From assembly GCA_050331235.1 (NCBI GenBank), contig JBHJHA010000116.1, forward strand, positions 1-31,372: a stretch of DNA of 31,372 bases. The letters run 5' to 3'. How positions within the stretch are numbered: position 1 is the stretch's first letter; every line of letters begins with the position of its first letter. A program made the translations under genes and the position numbers. This stretch comes from Leptolyngbyaceae cyanobacterium (lineage in GTDB: Bacteria; Cyanobacteriota; Cyanobacteriia; Phormidesmidales; Phormidesmidaceae). Below the pieces are notes generated by a model that saw only the letters and a program-made list of their open reading frames with translations, was not told where the DNA came from and made no database searches. Of the stretch, positions 17,271-28,039 are shown piece after piece.

Positions 17271-19121
17271 CTAAGCCGGATAAATCCTCAAGCGGCGGTT
17301 GGGCTCATCACCAAAACTACAGGACTTCAACCGGTAGTGCTCTGCCAGTTCATGCTGCATTTTGCGAATCCGGGCGGAACGTGGCAGCAGTTCCACCGGC
17401 TGGCCCTTAGGAATCACAATTTGCTCAACGGCTAGCCGAGCTTCTTCTAAGGCCTCCAGTTCGTCAGCGTCTTCGTTGGGCGAAAACAAGCTCAGATTTG
17501 GCAGGGCCCGAATGCTGCTGTCGTCAATATCTAACATGCGCTGGAGGGTGCGCACAATCTGCGGCATGCTGTTTGACTTTACAGTGTGAATCGGTAAGTC
17601 ACGTAGGCTGGCGAGCTGACGCAGCTTGGAGTGGTGTTTGACGTGTGATCGCAGCGCTAAAACGGCATCGGCACTGTCCAGTTCCTTAGTGACGACCACC
17701 GGCAGCCGTAGGGTGGCGATCGCCTGATCTAGGTGATGCTTGCTGATGCCGTAGGAATACACCCGCAGGATGTCTTCCCCGTTAGGACCAACGGTAGGTT
17801 CCCCCGTCAGGGAGAGACCCTCATTGACTGCCGGCGAATAAACCATCTCGGCTTCATTGAACGAATTGTCGAGCATCGCCTCAAAAGTTTGCTGCTCGGA
17901 GCTCACTGGTAACCGCTCAACGGTGCCGCTGCTTTTGGGGGGGACCATGCGGCCAGAGGCGCGCCAGCCATTATTTTTAAAGCTAGGGGTACCGAGCGAT
18001 CGGCCCCTAATTGGTGTGGCTTTGACTTGAGGTGCTTCAGTAGTCGTGACGATTTGACCGTCTGCATTAACGGCTCGTACCTGTACCGCTGGCGGGCGAC
18101 CCCGCAGTAAGGCATCCACCGTCGCTGACACATCTTCGTGGATCGCCCAGCGTTGGCGTTCCAACATCTCTACGGCAATGTCAAAGGTGGGAGGAGCTTT
18201 GCGCTCTAGCACGCTTTTTTGGCTGCCCCGCCGCCGCGCTTCATCGTCCCCCAACGTGACCGATTGGATGCCCCCAACTAGGTCTGAGAGAGTTGGATTT
18301 TTCATCAGGTTTTCCAACTGGTTGCCGTGGGCCGTCCCAACAAGCTGTACCCCGCGTTCGGCGATGGTGCGAGCGGCCGTCGCTTCCAGCTCAGTGCCAA
18401 TTTCATCGATGACAATCACTTCCGGCATATGATTTTCGACCGCCTCGATCATCACCTGGTGCTGCAGTTCCGGTTTAGCGACTTGCATCCGGCGGGCGCG
18501 CCCAATGGCCGGGTGGGGAATATCTCCATCCCCAGCGATTTCGTTAGAGGTGTCAATGATCACGACTCGGCGATCCAAATCGTCCGCTAGGACGCGGGCA
18601 ATTTCCCGCAGAGCCGTCGTTTTACCCACACCGGGACGACCCAGCATCAGGATGGACTGGCCTCGCTCCACCAAGTCACTGATCAAACCAATGGTGCCAA
18701 AAACCGCGCGCCCTACTCGGCAAGTAAGTCCAATAATTTCGCCAGAGCGATTGCGAATGGCGCTGATTCGATGGAGGGTTTTTTCGATGCCGGCACGGTT
18801 GTCGCCGCCAAAGTAGCCCACGCGATCAACGGTGAACTGCAAATCTTCCTTAGTGACGACTTGATCAGATAAATATTCAGCACCCGACAGGAATCTTGCC
18901 TCTGGACGTCTGCCCAAATCCAAGATGACCTCAATGAGCTGATCAGCTTGCTCATGCTGCCGAATGAGCGGAGCCGTATTGGGAGGCAAAATCTCCAGTA
19001 GTGCCTCCAGATCGTCGTACACTGCAGACTGAGCAGCGGTCGACGTTGTTGAGGCAGCCCCTTCCAATGAAGAAGCATGCTGGGCAGAATCAACGGACTG
19101 AAAGTCGTTTTGAAGGACCAT
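17271..19121 (-). CDS. Ycf45/SpoIIIAA-like AAA ATPase with C-terminal R3H domain
   Basis: Walker A GRPGVGKTT, IDTSNEIAGDG, VIDEIG, GTAHG; R3H-like RKMQHELAEHY. Confidence 0.92.
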   Translation of the reverse strand: MVLQNDFQSVDSAQHASSLEGAASTTSTAAQSAVYDDLEALLEILPPNTAPLIRQHEQADQLIEVILDLGRRPEARFLSGAEYLSDQVVTKEDLQFTVDRVGYFGGDNRAGIEKTLHRISAIRNRSGEIIGLTCRVGRAVFGTIGLISDLVERGQSILMLGRPGVGKTTALREIARVLADDLDRRVVIIDTSNEIAGDGDIPHPAIGRARRMQVAKPELQHQVMIEAVENHMPEVIVIDEIGTELEATAARTIAERGVQLVGTAHGNQLENLMKNPTLSDLVGGIQSVTLGDDEARRRGSQKSVLERKAPPTFDIAVEMLERQRWAIHEDVSATVDALLRGRPPAVQVRAVNADGQIVTTTEAPQVKATPIRGRSLGTPSFKNNGWRASGRMVPPKSSGTVERLPVSSEQQTFEAMLDNSFNEAEMVYSPAVNEGLSLTGEPTVGPNGEDILRVYSYGISKHHLDQAIATLRLPVVVTKELDSADAVLALRSHVKHHSKLRQLASLRDLPIHTVKSNSMPQIVRTLQRMLDIDDSSIRALPNLSLFSPNEDADELEALEEARLAVEQIVIPKGQPVELLPRSARIRKMQHELAEHYRLKSCSFGDEPNRRLRIYPA

Positions 19122-19135
19122 AGCCTAATTAGGGT

Positions 19136-20395
19136 CTACTCAAATGTTGATAAATACACTGGCGATTCTGGGGAAACTGCCGTGGGGCAGGGGCCATCGC
19201 CGGCAGTAGAGGAGGGGACTCCAGCGGCTGTGGGTGAGTTCCTCTTCAGGGGGGTGATTAAGTTATGAGCCAAGGCCACAGCGTGAGCCAAATGGGCGAT
19301 AGAACTCGTTAAAGATGTCTGGTCATAGTGCGGTAACCTCTCATGGGTTTGAACAGCAGATGCAAATAATGGCTCTAGACTCGGCTCAGCCACCCCAGAA
19401 CTCATTAACCGTCGGGCAAAACTTCCAAAGGCGACACCGCCTAACCGTGGCCTTGAGGCCTCCCGGTTTGAAGCGAGACCCCAAACCTCTGCCGGGAATG
19501 ATGGCGGCTGGGCATCAACTAGCTCAGATAGCTTCGCCACCGTATGGTCATTAGTACCGCCCGCCAGCTGAACATAGCCAGGTGGACCAGAGCGCAAGAC
19601 CTTCGCGGCAAATCGCAAGGTGGCGTGGGTCGTGCCTTTGCCGATATCGCCGCTCATTGGTCGGCCATCGGTTTGCCAAATTAACGGTTTGGACCAATGG
19701 GGGCGAATCCCCTCGTAGAGCTGCCAGAGATACTCAACGGCGTCATCATGGTCAGGGCAGCTGATAGAAATGACCGCAAGATGAGAGAGATAGGGGCGTA
19801 GCCTCGACCACAACGCCATGAATGGCTCGTAGCGTCCAACTTGGGTGTGAATTTCGATCGCATCGACCTGCTCCAGCAGCGCTGCGGCGATGGTCTCAAC
19901 GGAGGTGGCTCGGGTGACGGTGTTGATATTCTGAATCGGGCATACCGGCAGACATCGGCCACAGCCGTAGCAGCGATCGGTAATTACCCCAGCTGCTACG
20001 GGGGGAAAGGCGATCGCCGCAGCAGGGCAAATACGTTCGCAGGGGCGTGTACAATCCGCTGGACAAAGGGCTGGATCAAATTGAGCTTTGCGAAAATGCG
20101 GGTCATCACCATCGCTAAAACTGACCATCAAGAGTGGCCGTTCTATCGGTAATTCACCTAGGTAGCGATGCGTTAATTGAGGTAGCTGTCGCAGCCAAGA
20201 TATGACCTGAAACGCTTCTTTAACGGCGCTAACCACAGCAGGATCAGCAGCGACATCGATGCAATCAGCACCTGCAAGGGTATAGACCAGTGCCAAATTA
20301 CGAATCGAGGGGAGGTGTTGATAGCTGGCTCCTCCGATGAGCTTGAACCAGCAACCTGCCTGCAAAGAAATTACGGATCGATTGGTATTTCTCAC
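19136..20395 (-). CDS. ldpA: Light-dependent period protein LdpA (4Fe-4S)
   Basis: WFKLIGGASYQHLP, DPHFRKA, CPADCTRPCERICP, CYGCGRCLPVCP, WQTDGRPMSGDIG. Confidence 0.92.
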   Translation of the reverse strand: MRNTNRSVISLQAGCWFKLIGGASYQHLPSIRNLALVYTLAGADCIDVAADPAVVSAVKEAFQVISWLRQLPQLTHRYLGELPIERPLLMVSFSDGDDPHFRKAQFDPALCPADCTRPCERICPAAAIAFPPVAAGVITDRCYGCGRCLPVCPIQNINTVTRATSVETIAAALLEQVDAIEIHTQVGRYEPFMALWSRLRPYLSHLAVISISCPDHDDAVEYLWQLYEGIRPHWSKPLIWQTDGRPMSGDIGKGTTHATLRFAAKVLRSGPPGYVQLAGGTNDHTVAKLSELVDAQPPSFPAEVWGLASNREASRPRLGGVAFGSFARRLMSSGVAEPSLEPLFASAVQTHERLPHYDQTSLTSSIAHLAHAVALAHNLITPLKRNSPTAAGVPSSTAGDGPCPTAVSPESPVYLSTFE

Positions 20396-20573
20396 CCCTT
20401 TATGCTAATAGCTTCTGGGCAAAAATACGACACTTCACTCAATTTTTGTTTTCCAAATGATACAAAGTTCCTTGACGCAGGGTGCTATGAGGATTTACAG
20501 CATCGGGTGAACTGTTTGCAGCGAGCCCGTTTGAGCAATTTCAAAGAGACGATCTAGGGGCCCCAATCAGCTC

Positions 20574-21380
20574 TTAGCCCTCTAGTTTTGATCCTTTGTA
20601 ACGGAGATATTCGGCTAAGGCGGCAATCATGCCAGACGTCAGGATGAGCAATACGCTGAGTGCGTTCATGTCGGGTTTAACACCGTTGCGAATGCGGCTG
20701 AAAATTTCTAGCGGTAGCGGGTTGGCTCCGCCTCCGGCAGTAAAGCTAGAAATTAACAAATCATCAATGCTCAGTACAAAAGCGAGTAAACAGCCTGCCA
20801 CGATCGCCGGCATTAGCTGGGGCAGTAAGACTTTGATTAAGGCTTGGGTCGGAGTCGCGCCCAGGTCGAGGGCCGCTTCTTCTAAGTGGGGATCTAGACT
20901 GCCAAGGCGACTGGAGACAACGACGGCAATGTAGGCCAAGCAGAACACCATGTGGGCGGCCACAATCGTCCAAATACTAAGGGGAATTGCCATGGACGCC
21001 AGAAACACTAGGGTCGCCACGGCAATAGAGATATCAGGGATGATCAAAGGCAAATAGGATACCCCGCGATAGAGGGACTTACCGGGGAAGTAGTATTTAG
21101 CTAAGCCGATCGCCATCAGCGTACCCAGCACCGATGAAATGGCCACTGCCACAATGGCGACGAATAGCGTATCCTGCAGGGCGCGAAAGATTCGCGCATC
21201 TTGAAATAAACTTTCATACCAGCGGAGACTGAATCCCTGCCACACAGAGGTGTAGCGCCGCGAGTCGTTGAAACTATAAATGCCTAATACGACGATTGGC
21301 CCGTACATAAAGCAAAATAGCAACACCGTTAGCCAGCCCTGCCAAGTTCTCAAAAGGCTCCATTCGGGTAGTCGTGACAT
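20574..21380 (-). CDS. potC: Spermidine/putrescine ABC transporter permease PotC
   Basis: YSFN..WQGFSLRWY, EEAALDLGA EAA loop; last gene of the pot cluster. Confidence 0.9.
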   Translation of the reverse strand: MSRLPEWSLLRTWQGWLTVLLFCFMYGPIVVLGIYSFNDSRRYTSVWQGFSLRWYESLFQDARIFRALQDTLFVAIVAVAISSVLGTLMAIGLAKYYFPGKSLYRGVSYLPLIIPDISIAVATLVFLASMAIPLSIWTIVAAHMVFCLAYIAVVVSSRLGSLDPHLEEAALDLGATPTQALIKVLLPQLMPAIVAGCLLAFVLSIDDLLISSFTAGGGANPLPLEIFSRIRNGVKPDMNALSVLLILTSGMIAALAEYLRYKGSKLEG

Positions 21381-21394
21381 GGTCGGCAGGTCCC

Positions 21395-22345
21395 TTACGC
21401 TTCGTTCACAGAGTCGCGATCGCCATATTTCAGCAGCAGGGCGATCGCCAAACTCACCGCTAAAATCATGACCATGCTCAAAGCCGACCCCAGCCCCCAG
21501 TTGCGGGTAATACCGAGAAACTGGTTATAGATCAGTCGCGAAATAGTCATGCTAGAAGCTCCCCCTAGCAGGGTGGGCACAACAAAGTCACTCATGCTAG
21601 TGATAAAGACCAATAGGCAGCCTGCCGCAATCCCGGGTAGGGTTTGGGGCACGGTAACTTTCCAAAAGGTTTGGCGCGGGGTCGCGCCTAAGTCAGCCGC
21701 CGCCTCTAAAAGCGCAGTGTCGAGTTTCTCTAGGGAGGCGTACAAAATCAGCACCATGTAGGGCAAAAAGTTGTACGTCAGTCCTACAAACACCGCCGCC
21801 GAGGTATACAACCAGTTTTGGGTAGGTAGGTCAATACCGGGTAAAAAGCCGCTTAGCCAAGTGATCAAGCTATTTAGCAGTCCCGTTGGCCGCAAAATGC
21901 TAATCCAGGCGTAGGCCCGCAGCAAAGATGATGTCCATAGGGGCAGGATAAAGGCCACTACCAAGAAATTGCGCCAGCGTTTGGGAGCCATGATTGCTAG
22001 CCAATAGGCAACGGGAAAGCCCAAAACTAAACAAATCAAAGTTGCCACTATGGCGTAGTAGAGCGATCGCCCAATGACCTGCAAATAAACTGGGTCGAAG
22101 GCAGCATCAAAGGGATTGAAAACCTGTGAGTAGTTGCCCCAGCCGTAAGTCCCACCGACATCTTCGGGTCGCAATCCCGGTACCAAACTGATGTCAAAAA
22201 TTAGCAGTGTCGGCAGCACCAAAAAGAGTAAGAGCCAGATGCCAGCGGGTCCCAACAAGGCAATGGGTGTCGCCAACTTGCGTAAGCGATGACCCCACGC
22301 AGTTCCACCGGCTTTTGCTAAACCCTTACTCCAAGAGGCACTCAT
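21395..22345 (-). CDS. potB: Spermidine/putrescine ABC transporter permease PotB
   Basis: LPLWTSSLLRAYAW, LPYMVL, EAAADLGA. Confidence 0.9.
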   Translation of the reverse strand: MSASWSKGLAKAGGTAWGHRLRKLATPIALLGPAGIWLLLFLVLPTLLIFDISLVPGLRPEDVGGTYGWGNYSQVFNPFDAAFDPVYLQVIGRSLYYAIVATLICLVLGFPVAYWLAIMAPKRWRNFLVVAFILPLWTSSLLRAYAWISILRPTGLLNSLITWLSGFLPGIDLPTQNWLYTSAAVFVGLTYNFLPYMVLILYASLEKLDTALLEAAADLGATPRQTFWKVTVPQTLPGIAAGCLLVFITSMSDFVVPTLLGGASSMTISRLIYNQFLGITRNWGLGSALSMVMILAVSLAIALLLKYGDRDSVNEA

Positions 22346-22356
22346 AACGGCGATTC

Positions 22357-23526
22357 CTAGGCGCTGGTGACGCGGGTCCAGTATTCGTCATAAATTGCCG
22401 ACGCATCGCCGACGGGGGCAATTCCCTCGCACTTGTCTAGCAAGTCCTGGGGTGGGAACAGTTTGGTATCGCTCTTGAGCTCATCCGAGAGGTTTTCGTA
22501 AGCCACCTTATTAGGGGTCGCGTTGAACAGGGTCTCGGTGTTTAGCTGAGCAATCTCGGGATTGAGGTTGAAGTTAATCCACTCGTAAGCGGCATCAACG
22601 TTGGGAGCCGTTGTGGGAATCACCATTGTGTCGGTCCATACCGAAGAGCCGCTCTCGGGGATGATGTAGTCTAAGCTATCGTCCTCCGCAATACTGGATA
22701 AGGCATCCACGGAGTAAGCCATCACAACAGCTAAGTCACCGCTCAACAGACCGTCTTCAAAGCCAAAGGACATGAAGGAGGCTAAAGCCGGTTTTAGCTC
22801 CACTAGTTTGTTGTAGGCTTCCTCGATTTCGTCGGGATCGGTGGAATTGTAGGAATATCCCAAAGACTTGAGAACCATGCCCATGGTTTCCCGAACGTCA
22901 TCTAACAACGTCATGCGCCGGGCCAGGGAAGAAGAGTTATCCCACAGATAATCCCAGTCTTGAGGGGCAGGACTAGTGGTTTGGGCGTTGTAAAGCAATC
23001 CTGTGGTGCCCCAGGCAAAGGGCACACTGTGGGTGTTGCCTGAGTCATAGACAGGGTCTTGCCATTTATCAAAAATGTTTTCTATTCCAGAGATGCGATC
23101 TTTGTCCATCTTCGTCAACATATTGAGCCCGATCATCTCCTGCACCATGTAATCGGAGGGATAGAGAATGCTGTAGGCGTCGCCCCCACCGGCCTGCATC
23201 TTGGCCAGCATGGTTTCGTTGGAGTCATAAATATCGACAATCACCTCAATGCCTGTTTTCTCGATAAAGGCACTGACGATTTCATCACTGGTGTAGTCCG
23301 CCCAGGTGTAAACATGGAGCGGACCAGAGGCGCTGCTGCTGCCACCTTCGTTAGAGGAAGTTTCGGCGTTGGCATCGGTCTCACTGCCGGATTGCTGGGC
23401 AATATTCTGGCGGCAGTTGGCTAATGTGACACCAGCGATCGCCGCCGCCGATCCTTGGAGAAAGCGCCGACGAGTGGGACCTAAATACAGTGACTTGGGC
23501 AGATAGAGCGATCGCTTGCGGGGCAT
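22357..23526 (-). CDS. potD: Polyamine-binding lipoprotein PotD with Tat-type signal
   Basis: TRRRFL twin-arginine motif, LANC lipobox, YTWADY, YDSNETM, PSDYMV, WGTTG, WTDTMVIP. Confidence 0.9.
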   Translation of the reverse strand: MPRKRSLYLPKSLYLGPTRRRFLQGSAAAIAGVTLANCRQNIAQQSGSETDANAETSSNEGGSSSASGPLHVYTWADYTSDEIVSAFIEKTGIEVIVDIYDSNETMLAKMQAGGGDAYSILYPSDYMVQEMIGLNMLTKMDKDRISGIENIFDKWQDPVYDSGNTHSVPFAWGTTGLLYNAQTTSPAPQDWDYLWDNSSSLARRMTLLDDVRETMGMVLKSLGYSYNSTDPDEIEEAYNKLVELKPALASFMSFGFEDGLLSGDLAVVMAYSVDALSSIAEDDSLDYIIPESGSSVWTDTMVIPTTAPNVDAAYEWINFNLNPEIAQLNTETLFNATPNKVAYENLSDELKSDTKLFPPQDLLDKCEGIAPVGDASAIYDEYWTRVTSA

Positions 23527-23634
23527 TGACGGAATTCCTCCCTCGTATGGAATTGGTTAGATAAATAAGAGAATATGAAACATTGGAGAACGACTTTGCC
23601 ATGCGGGTCACAGTCCGCTAAATTAGCAGACCGC

Positions 23635-24759
23635 TTAAGCCGCCAATGCCAAACAGTCAGCGGGCATCCAGGAAACATTGACCGGCGTCTCTGACGCCAG
23701 AGATTGTCCGGTGCGGTTGAGCTGCAACACCGTGAGGCATTCCCCTGTTTGGAGCTGTACTACACAGTGAAGATGTGTCCCCAGGTACATGACATGCTTG
23801 ACGTAGCCAGAATAGCAGTTTCCCTCGTGGAACGGACGATCTTGGCTGAGGTGAATTTTTTCGGGCCGCACGCTCACCACCACGGCTTTGAGGTCACTGG
23901 TGAGATTGTCAGAACGCTTGACTAATACAGTGGTGCCCTCCGGAGTGGTCACGCGCAGCATGTGCCCATCGAGGAAATCCGCCTCACCCTGTAAAAGGTT
24001 GGTATCGCCAATGAAGTCAGCGACAAAGGGCGTTTGCGGGTGATCGTAAATTTCGCTCGGGCTGCCCACCTGTTCGATATCACCATCCTTCATTACCGCG
24101 ATGCGATCAGAAAGCGATAGCGCCTCTTCCTGGTCGTGGGTCACCATGATGAAGGTAATGCCCAATTGCTTATGTAGATTGGTTAGTTCCACCTGCATTT
24201 GCTTGCGGAGTTTCAGATCAAGCGCGCCCAATGGTTCATCCAACAGCATCACCGCTGGGCGATTGACCAACGCACGGGCCAAGGCAACTCGCTGCTTTTG
24301 TCCGCCGGAGAGCTGGGCCGGGTGGCGATTGCCAAAAGCTTCCATTTTGACTAAGCGCAGGGCATCGTCGACCCGCTGCTGGCGCTGCGATCGCCCCATC
24401 CCTTTGATGCGAAGACCAAAGGCGATATTGTCCCTAACAGTCATATGGTTGAACAGGGCATAACTCTGGAAAACCGTGTTTACCGAGCGGCGGTGGGCAG
24501 GGATGCGACTCATGTTTTGCCCTTGAATCCACACCGCACCTTGAGAGGGCTGCTCAAAGCCGGCAATTAGCCGTAGCGTTGTCGTTTTACCGCAGCCTGA
24601 CGGGCCCAAGATGCTGAAAAATTCCCCTTCATGGATATTTAGGTCAATATTGCGAACAGCCGCTTCTCCACCAAAATACTTCGAGACTTGTTGCAACTCG
24701 ACATCGGCAACTTGTCGAGTCTGAGTCTGGGTGATGGACGGAGAAACTGTCTGTGACAT
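23635..24759 (-). CDS. potA: Spermidine/putrescine ABC transporter ATPase PotA
   Basis: GPSGCGKTT, LSGGQKQRVALAR, LDEPLGALD, C-terminal TOBE-like region; ATG at 24759 preferred because AGGGGA lies upstream. Confidence 0.92.
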   Translation of the reverse strand: MSQTVSPSITQTQTRQVADVELQQVSKYFGGEAAVRNIDLNIHEGEFFSILGPSGCGKTTTLRLIAGFEQPSQGAVWIQGQNMSRIPAHRRSVNTVFQSYALFNHMTVRDNIAFGLRIKGMGRSQRQQRVDDALRLVKMEAFGNRHPAQLSGGQKQRVALARALVNRPAVMLLDEPLGALDLKLRKQMQVELTNLHKQLGITFIMVTHDQEEALSLSDRIAVMKDGDIEQVGSPSEIYDHPQTPFVADFIGDTNLLQGEADFLDGHMLRVTTPEGTTVLVKRSDNLTSDLKAVVVSVRPEKIHLSQDRPFHEGNCYSGYVKHVMYLGTHLHCVVQLQTGECLTVLQLNRTGQSLASETPVNVSWMPADCLALAA

Positions 24760-25108
24760 CAAAAGAAATCCCCTGACTAGCGGCAGAATTATCTGTAGCA
24801 TTCTCTATGCAGAGTGCCCTTTGAATTCTTAGACAGCATCATTACACACTGGCTCGCCATCGCCGCAGGTAATTAGACGCTTTTTCACTATTAAAAATTG
24901 TTTGTCTGGAAAAAGTAAGCGTTGTAACTGATTGCCGTGGTTGAAGCAGATGTTTGGGGCAGCGTTTGATTGCTCTCAGCGGCGACTGAGGAGAGCCCCC
25001 AAAGTGAGCTCGCGAAAGCGCCACGTTTATCCTCCATAAGATCCCGATGGGCCGCTATCCTAGTTGAGGTGTGTTAAGGGGATCTCCGCCCTGTCGTTGG
25101 AGCCGTCG

Positions 25109-26905
25109 ATGACCTTAGAGTTTCCTTCTCAGTTTCAGTTTCGGCTTAAAAAGGATAGCGATCGCACGGTCGGCAAGCACTTTCAAGCCGTGGTGGCCAT
25201 GGTGGCAGTATCGGGGGTGCTGTTCGGTGCCGTCGGCACCCGTCTAGCGCAGTTGCAGCTCATTGAGGGGCCTTTAAATCGCCAGCGAGCAGAAACCAAT
25301 CGCATCCGTTTAGTGCCCAAGCGCCCCGCGCGGGGCGCCTTACTAGATCGCAACGGCAAGATTTTAGCGAGCAGCCGCTTGTCCCATGCGATCTCCATCT
25401 GGCCGATCGCTCTGCCGCGGTCGGAGTGGCCAATGGTCATCTCGCGGCTTTCAAGGATTTTGAATGTGCCTCCCGAAAGCATTCAGCAGCGGTTGGAACA
25501 GGCTGGTTATGAGTCTATTGAGGCGATTACTGTCGCTCGCGGCATCAGCCCGGCCCAGGCCACGGCGATTGCCGAATTTGGCCATGAGCTGCCTGGCGTC
25601 CGCTTAGAGGCTGAGGCGGTGCGCAACTATCCCAATGGCGATTTGGCAGCTCATGTGTTGGGCTATACCGGCGAAATCACCCAGGAAGAATTAGACAGCC
25701 CTCGCTACGAAGGCTATCGCCTTGGTGACATCATTGGCCAAATGGGTGCTGAATCAGCTTTTGAGCCACTCTTGCAGGGTGAATGGGGCGGACAACAGGT
25801 TGAAGTTGATAGTTCTGGCCGAGTCATCAGTGTCTTGGGCAACAAGCCAGCGGTATCGGGTAATGATGTCCAGCTGACGATTGATATTGAAATTCAAAAA
25901 TTAGCTGAGCAGGCCCTGGGGAATACCAAAGGGGCGATCGTTGCGATGGACCCCCATACGGGCGCTATTTTAGCAATGGTGAGCCGCCCAACGTTTGATC
26001 CCAATATTTTCACCACAAATATCACCGACGCCCAGTGGGGCCAACTGCAGGGAGCCGATCATCCGTTTGTGAATCGAGCGCTCCAGGGCTTCCCGCCCGC
26101 AAGCACTTTCAAGATTGTGACCACTGCAGCGGGCATCGAGTCTGGGGCCTATTCACCAGAGGTTATCCTGCCGACCTATGGTGCCATTCGCATTGGGGGC
26201 ATTGCGTTTCACGATTGGAACAACGTTGGGTTTGGGCCTCTGGGGTTTCGCGGCGCGATGGCGATGAGTAGCGATACGTTTTTCTACCAGGTGGGGCGCA
26301 AAATTGGCGGCGAAACGCTGATTCAATGGACGCGACGGTTTGGCTTTGGTAGCAAGACGGGCATTGAACTGGGGTCGGAAGAGAGTGCCGGTTTGGTGCC
26401 CGATGACGCCTGGAAGCGCGAAGTTATTGGTTATGAATGGTTTGTCGGCGATACTATCAACATGTCTATTGGCCAAGGATTTTTGCAAACGACGCCGTTG
26501 CAGGTGGCGGTCATGTTTGCGGTGCCGGCGAATGACGGTTACCTGGTAACGCCGCACTTGCTCAAGGACGATCGCAACCCTGAGGAATGGCGAAAGCCCA
26601 TGGGTCTGCAGCCGTCAACAGTTGCGATTTTGCAAGATGGTTTGCGGCAGGTTATCTCAGGGGGGACGGCGCGAGCCCTAAATTTGCCGAACTTACCACC
26701 ATTATCTGGTAAGACGGGAACGGCGGAGGCTCCCCCTTACGAAAACCACGCCTGGTTTGGAGCCTATGCACCAGCCGATGACCCAGAAATTTTAGTCGTG
26801 GCCTTTGCCGAAAACTCTGGGGGCGGGGGTGGCTCTGTAGCTGCTCCCATGGTAAAGCAGGTGCTTGAGGGCTACTACAAAGATTGGCAAAAGTCGGATG
26901 AATAG
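25109..26905 (+). CDS. mrdA: Penicillin-binding protein 2 (class B transpeptidase)
   Basis: N-terminal TM, RG..LDRNG, RNYP, SxxK (STFK), SSD and KTG motifs; ATG at 25109 chosen as start. Confidence 0.92.
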   Translation: MTLEFPSQFQFRLKKDSDRTVGKHFQAVVAMVAVSGVLFGAVGTRLAQLQLIEGPLNRQRAETNRIRLVPKRPARGALLDRNGKILASSRLSHAISIWPIALPRSEWPMVISRLSRILNVPPESIQQRLEQAGYESIEAITVARGISPAQATAIAEFGHELPGVRLEAEAVRNYPNGDLAAHVLGYTGEITQEELDSPRYEGYRLGDIIGQMGAESAFEPLLQGEWGGQQVEVDSSGRVISVLGNKPAVSGNDVQLTIDIEIQKLAEQALGNTKGAIVAMDPHTGAILAMVSRPTFDPNIFTTNITDAQWGQLQGADHPFVNRALQGFPPASTFKIVTTAAGIESGAYSPEVILPTYGAIRIGGIAFHDWNNVGFGPLGFRGAMAMSSDTFFYQVGRKIGGETLIQWTRRFGFGSKTGIELGSEESAGLVPDDAWKREVIGYEWFVGDTINMSIGQGFLQTTPLQVAVMFAVPANDGYLVTPHLLKDDRNPEEWRKPMGLQPSTVAILQDGLRQVISGGTARALNLPNLPPLSGKTGTAEAPPYENHAWFGAYAPADDPEILVVAFAENSGGGGGSVAAPMVKQVLEGYYKDWQKSDE

Positions 26906-26965
26906 GTGGTAGCTATCAGCAGTTGGCTGAGCCGCCTTGGATGGGTTGTCTCCTGGCCAATTCTC

Positions 26966-27559
26966 TTAGGGTGGGTCCGATGGCGGTGGCTTAGGTACCG
27001 TCGGCGATACCGTTAGATAGTGCATCCACTCATTCGTTTGTTCGGGCGATAACCGCAATCGGTGATGAACGTTGCTCCAGGTCATAAAGGGCGATCGCTG
27101 CCGTTCGTTGAGAATGCGCTCGGCAAGTGGACTCGACATGCCGGGCAAGCCCATCAGCTGAGCGATCGTAGCTGAGTTGATGGATAGGGCAGCTGGCGTG
27201 ACCGTGCTGGCGTTATCGTAGTAGCAAAACCGTAAGAGAGGGCTGACAGGCCGTAAATGCCGACAGGGCACCCCTAACGCCGCTGCAATGTCTTCCAATG
27301 CATAAAAAACAACGCCTTGATGGCTCAAACTGACCAGGTTCTTAGCCTGGTGAATGGAAATGCCCGGGAGTCGTAGCCAATCGTCGGCGGTAGCTTGGTT
27401 CACATCGATATAAAGCCCCATATCCGCCGCGATCAGAACCTCTTCAATGGTGTTGAGGCGGGTAAAAGGGTCTTGCTGCAGCCGCTTTCTCATGGTGTGG
27501 AGTCGCTTCAGCCAAGTATTCCAGGGTAACTGGATGGGGGATAGCCAACGAGAAGACAT
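26966..27559 (-). CDS. ComEA-like helix-hairpin-helix DNA-binding protein
   Basis: Two HhH units: IDVNQATADDWLRLPGISIHQA and INSATIAQLMGLPGMS. Confidence 0.85.
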   Translation of the reverse strand: MSSRWLSPIQLPWNTWLKRLHTMRKRLQQDPFTRLNTIEEVLIAADMGLYIDVNQATADDWLRLPGISIHQAKNLVSLSHQGVVFYALEDIAAALGVPCRHLRPVSPLLRFCYYDNASTVTPAALSINSATIAQLMGLPGMSSPLAERILNERQRSPFMTWSNVHHRLRLSPEQTNEWMHYLTVSPTVPKPPPSDPP

Positions 27560-27595
27560 CGCAGCAATCTCAGAGCTTCAAGGGAATGTCTGCCA

Positions 27596-28039
27596 CTAGT
27601 GTAATTTGGTCAGCAAATTGCGGCGATTTTGCTCAAATTCTTGCTCCGATATCAAGCCTTCTTGACGCAGTTTCTCCAATTCCCGCAGAGCCGTTGCGAT
27701 CGCTTGGGTCTGCTGAGAAACGTCGATGCCACGCTCTGGTTGCGGGGGCTCATCCGGATAATCATCGCGCTGAGAGCGGGACAAAAACCAAACCCCTTCT
27801 ACTGCGCAGGCAATACGGGGAATCTGGGTCCACCAAAGAATTAGATAGACACCGCCCCAAACGGGCTGGCCAAGATAAAACTTGTGCAGTCCAGTAATGG
27901 GGACCGGCAGAGGGTTGAGGGCCCCAGCAAAGGCAAGCGCCGCTGCGATCGCCCACTTCTTGGAGGGTTTTTCTGACTCTACAATGATTTTCGACGCTGA
28001 ATGGCGACTCATTGCGACCTCAAACAGTCCTGTCGCCAT
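27596..28039 (-). CDS. NINE/TM2-domain membrane protein with C-terminal SHOCT
   Basis: GLHKFYLGQP.WG..Y motif; LRELEKLRQEGLISEQEFEQ; start may instead be 28012. Confidence 0.85.
   Translation of the reverse strand: MATGLFEVAMSRHSASKIIVESEKPSKKWAIAAALAFAGALNPLPVPITGLHKFYLGQPVWGGVYLILWWTQIPRIACAVEGVWFLSRSQRDDYPDEPPQPERGIDVSQQTQAIATALRELEKLRQEGLISEQEFEQNRRNLLTKLH

Noticed and set aside
17271..20395. ldpA adjacent to a ycf45-like AAA/R3H gene as a novel system
   Set aside because: To my knowledge a common cyanobacterial gene pair; nothing unusual seen here
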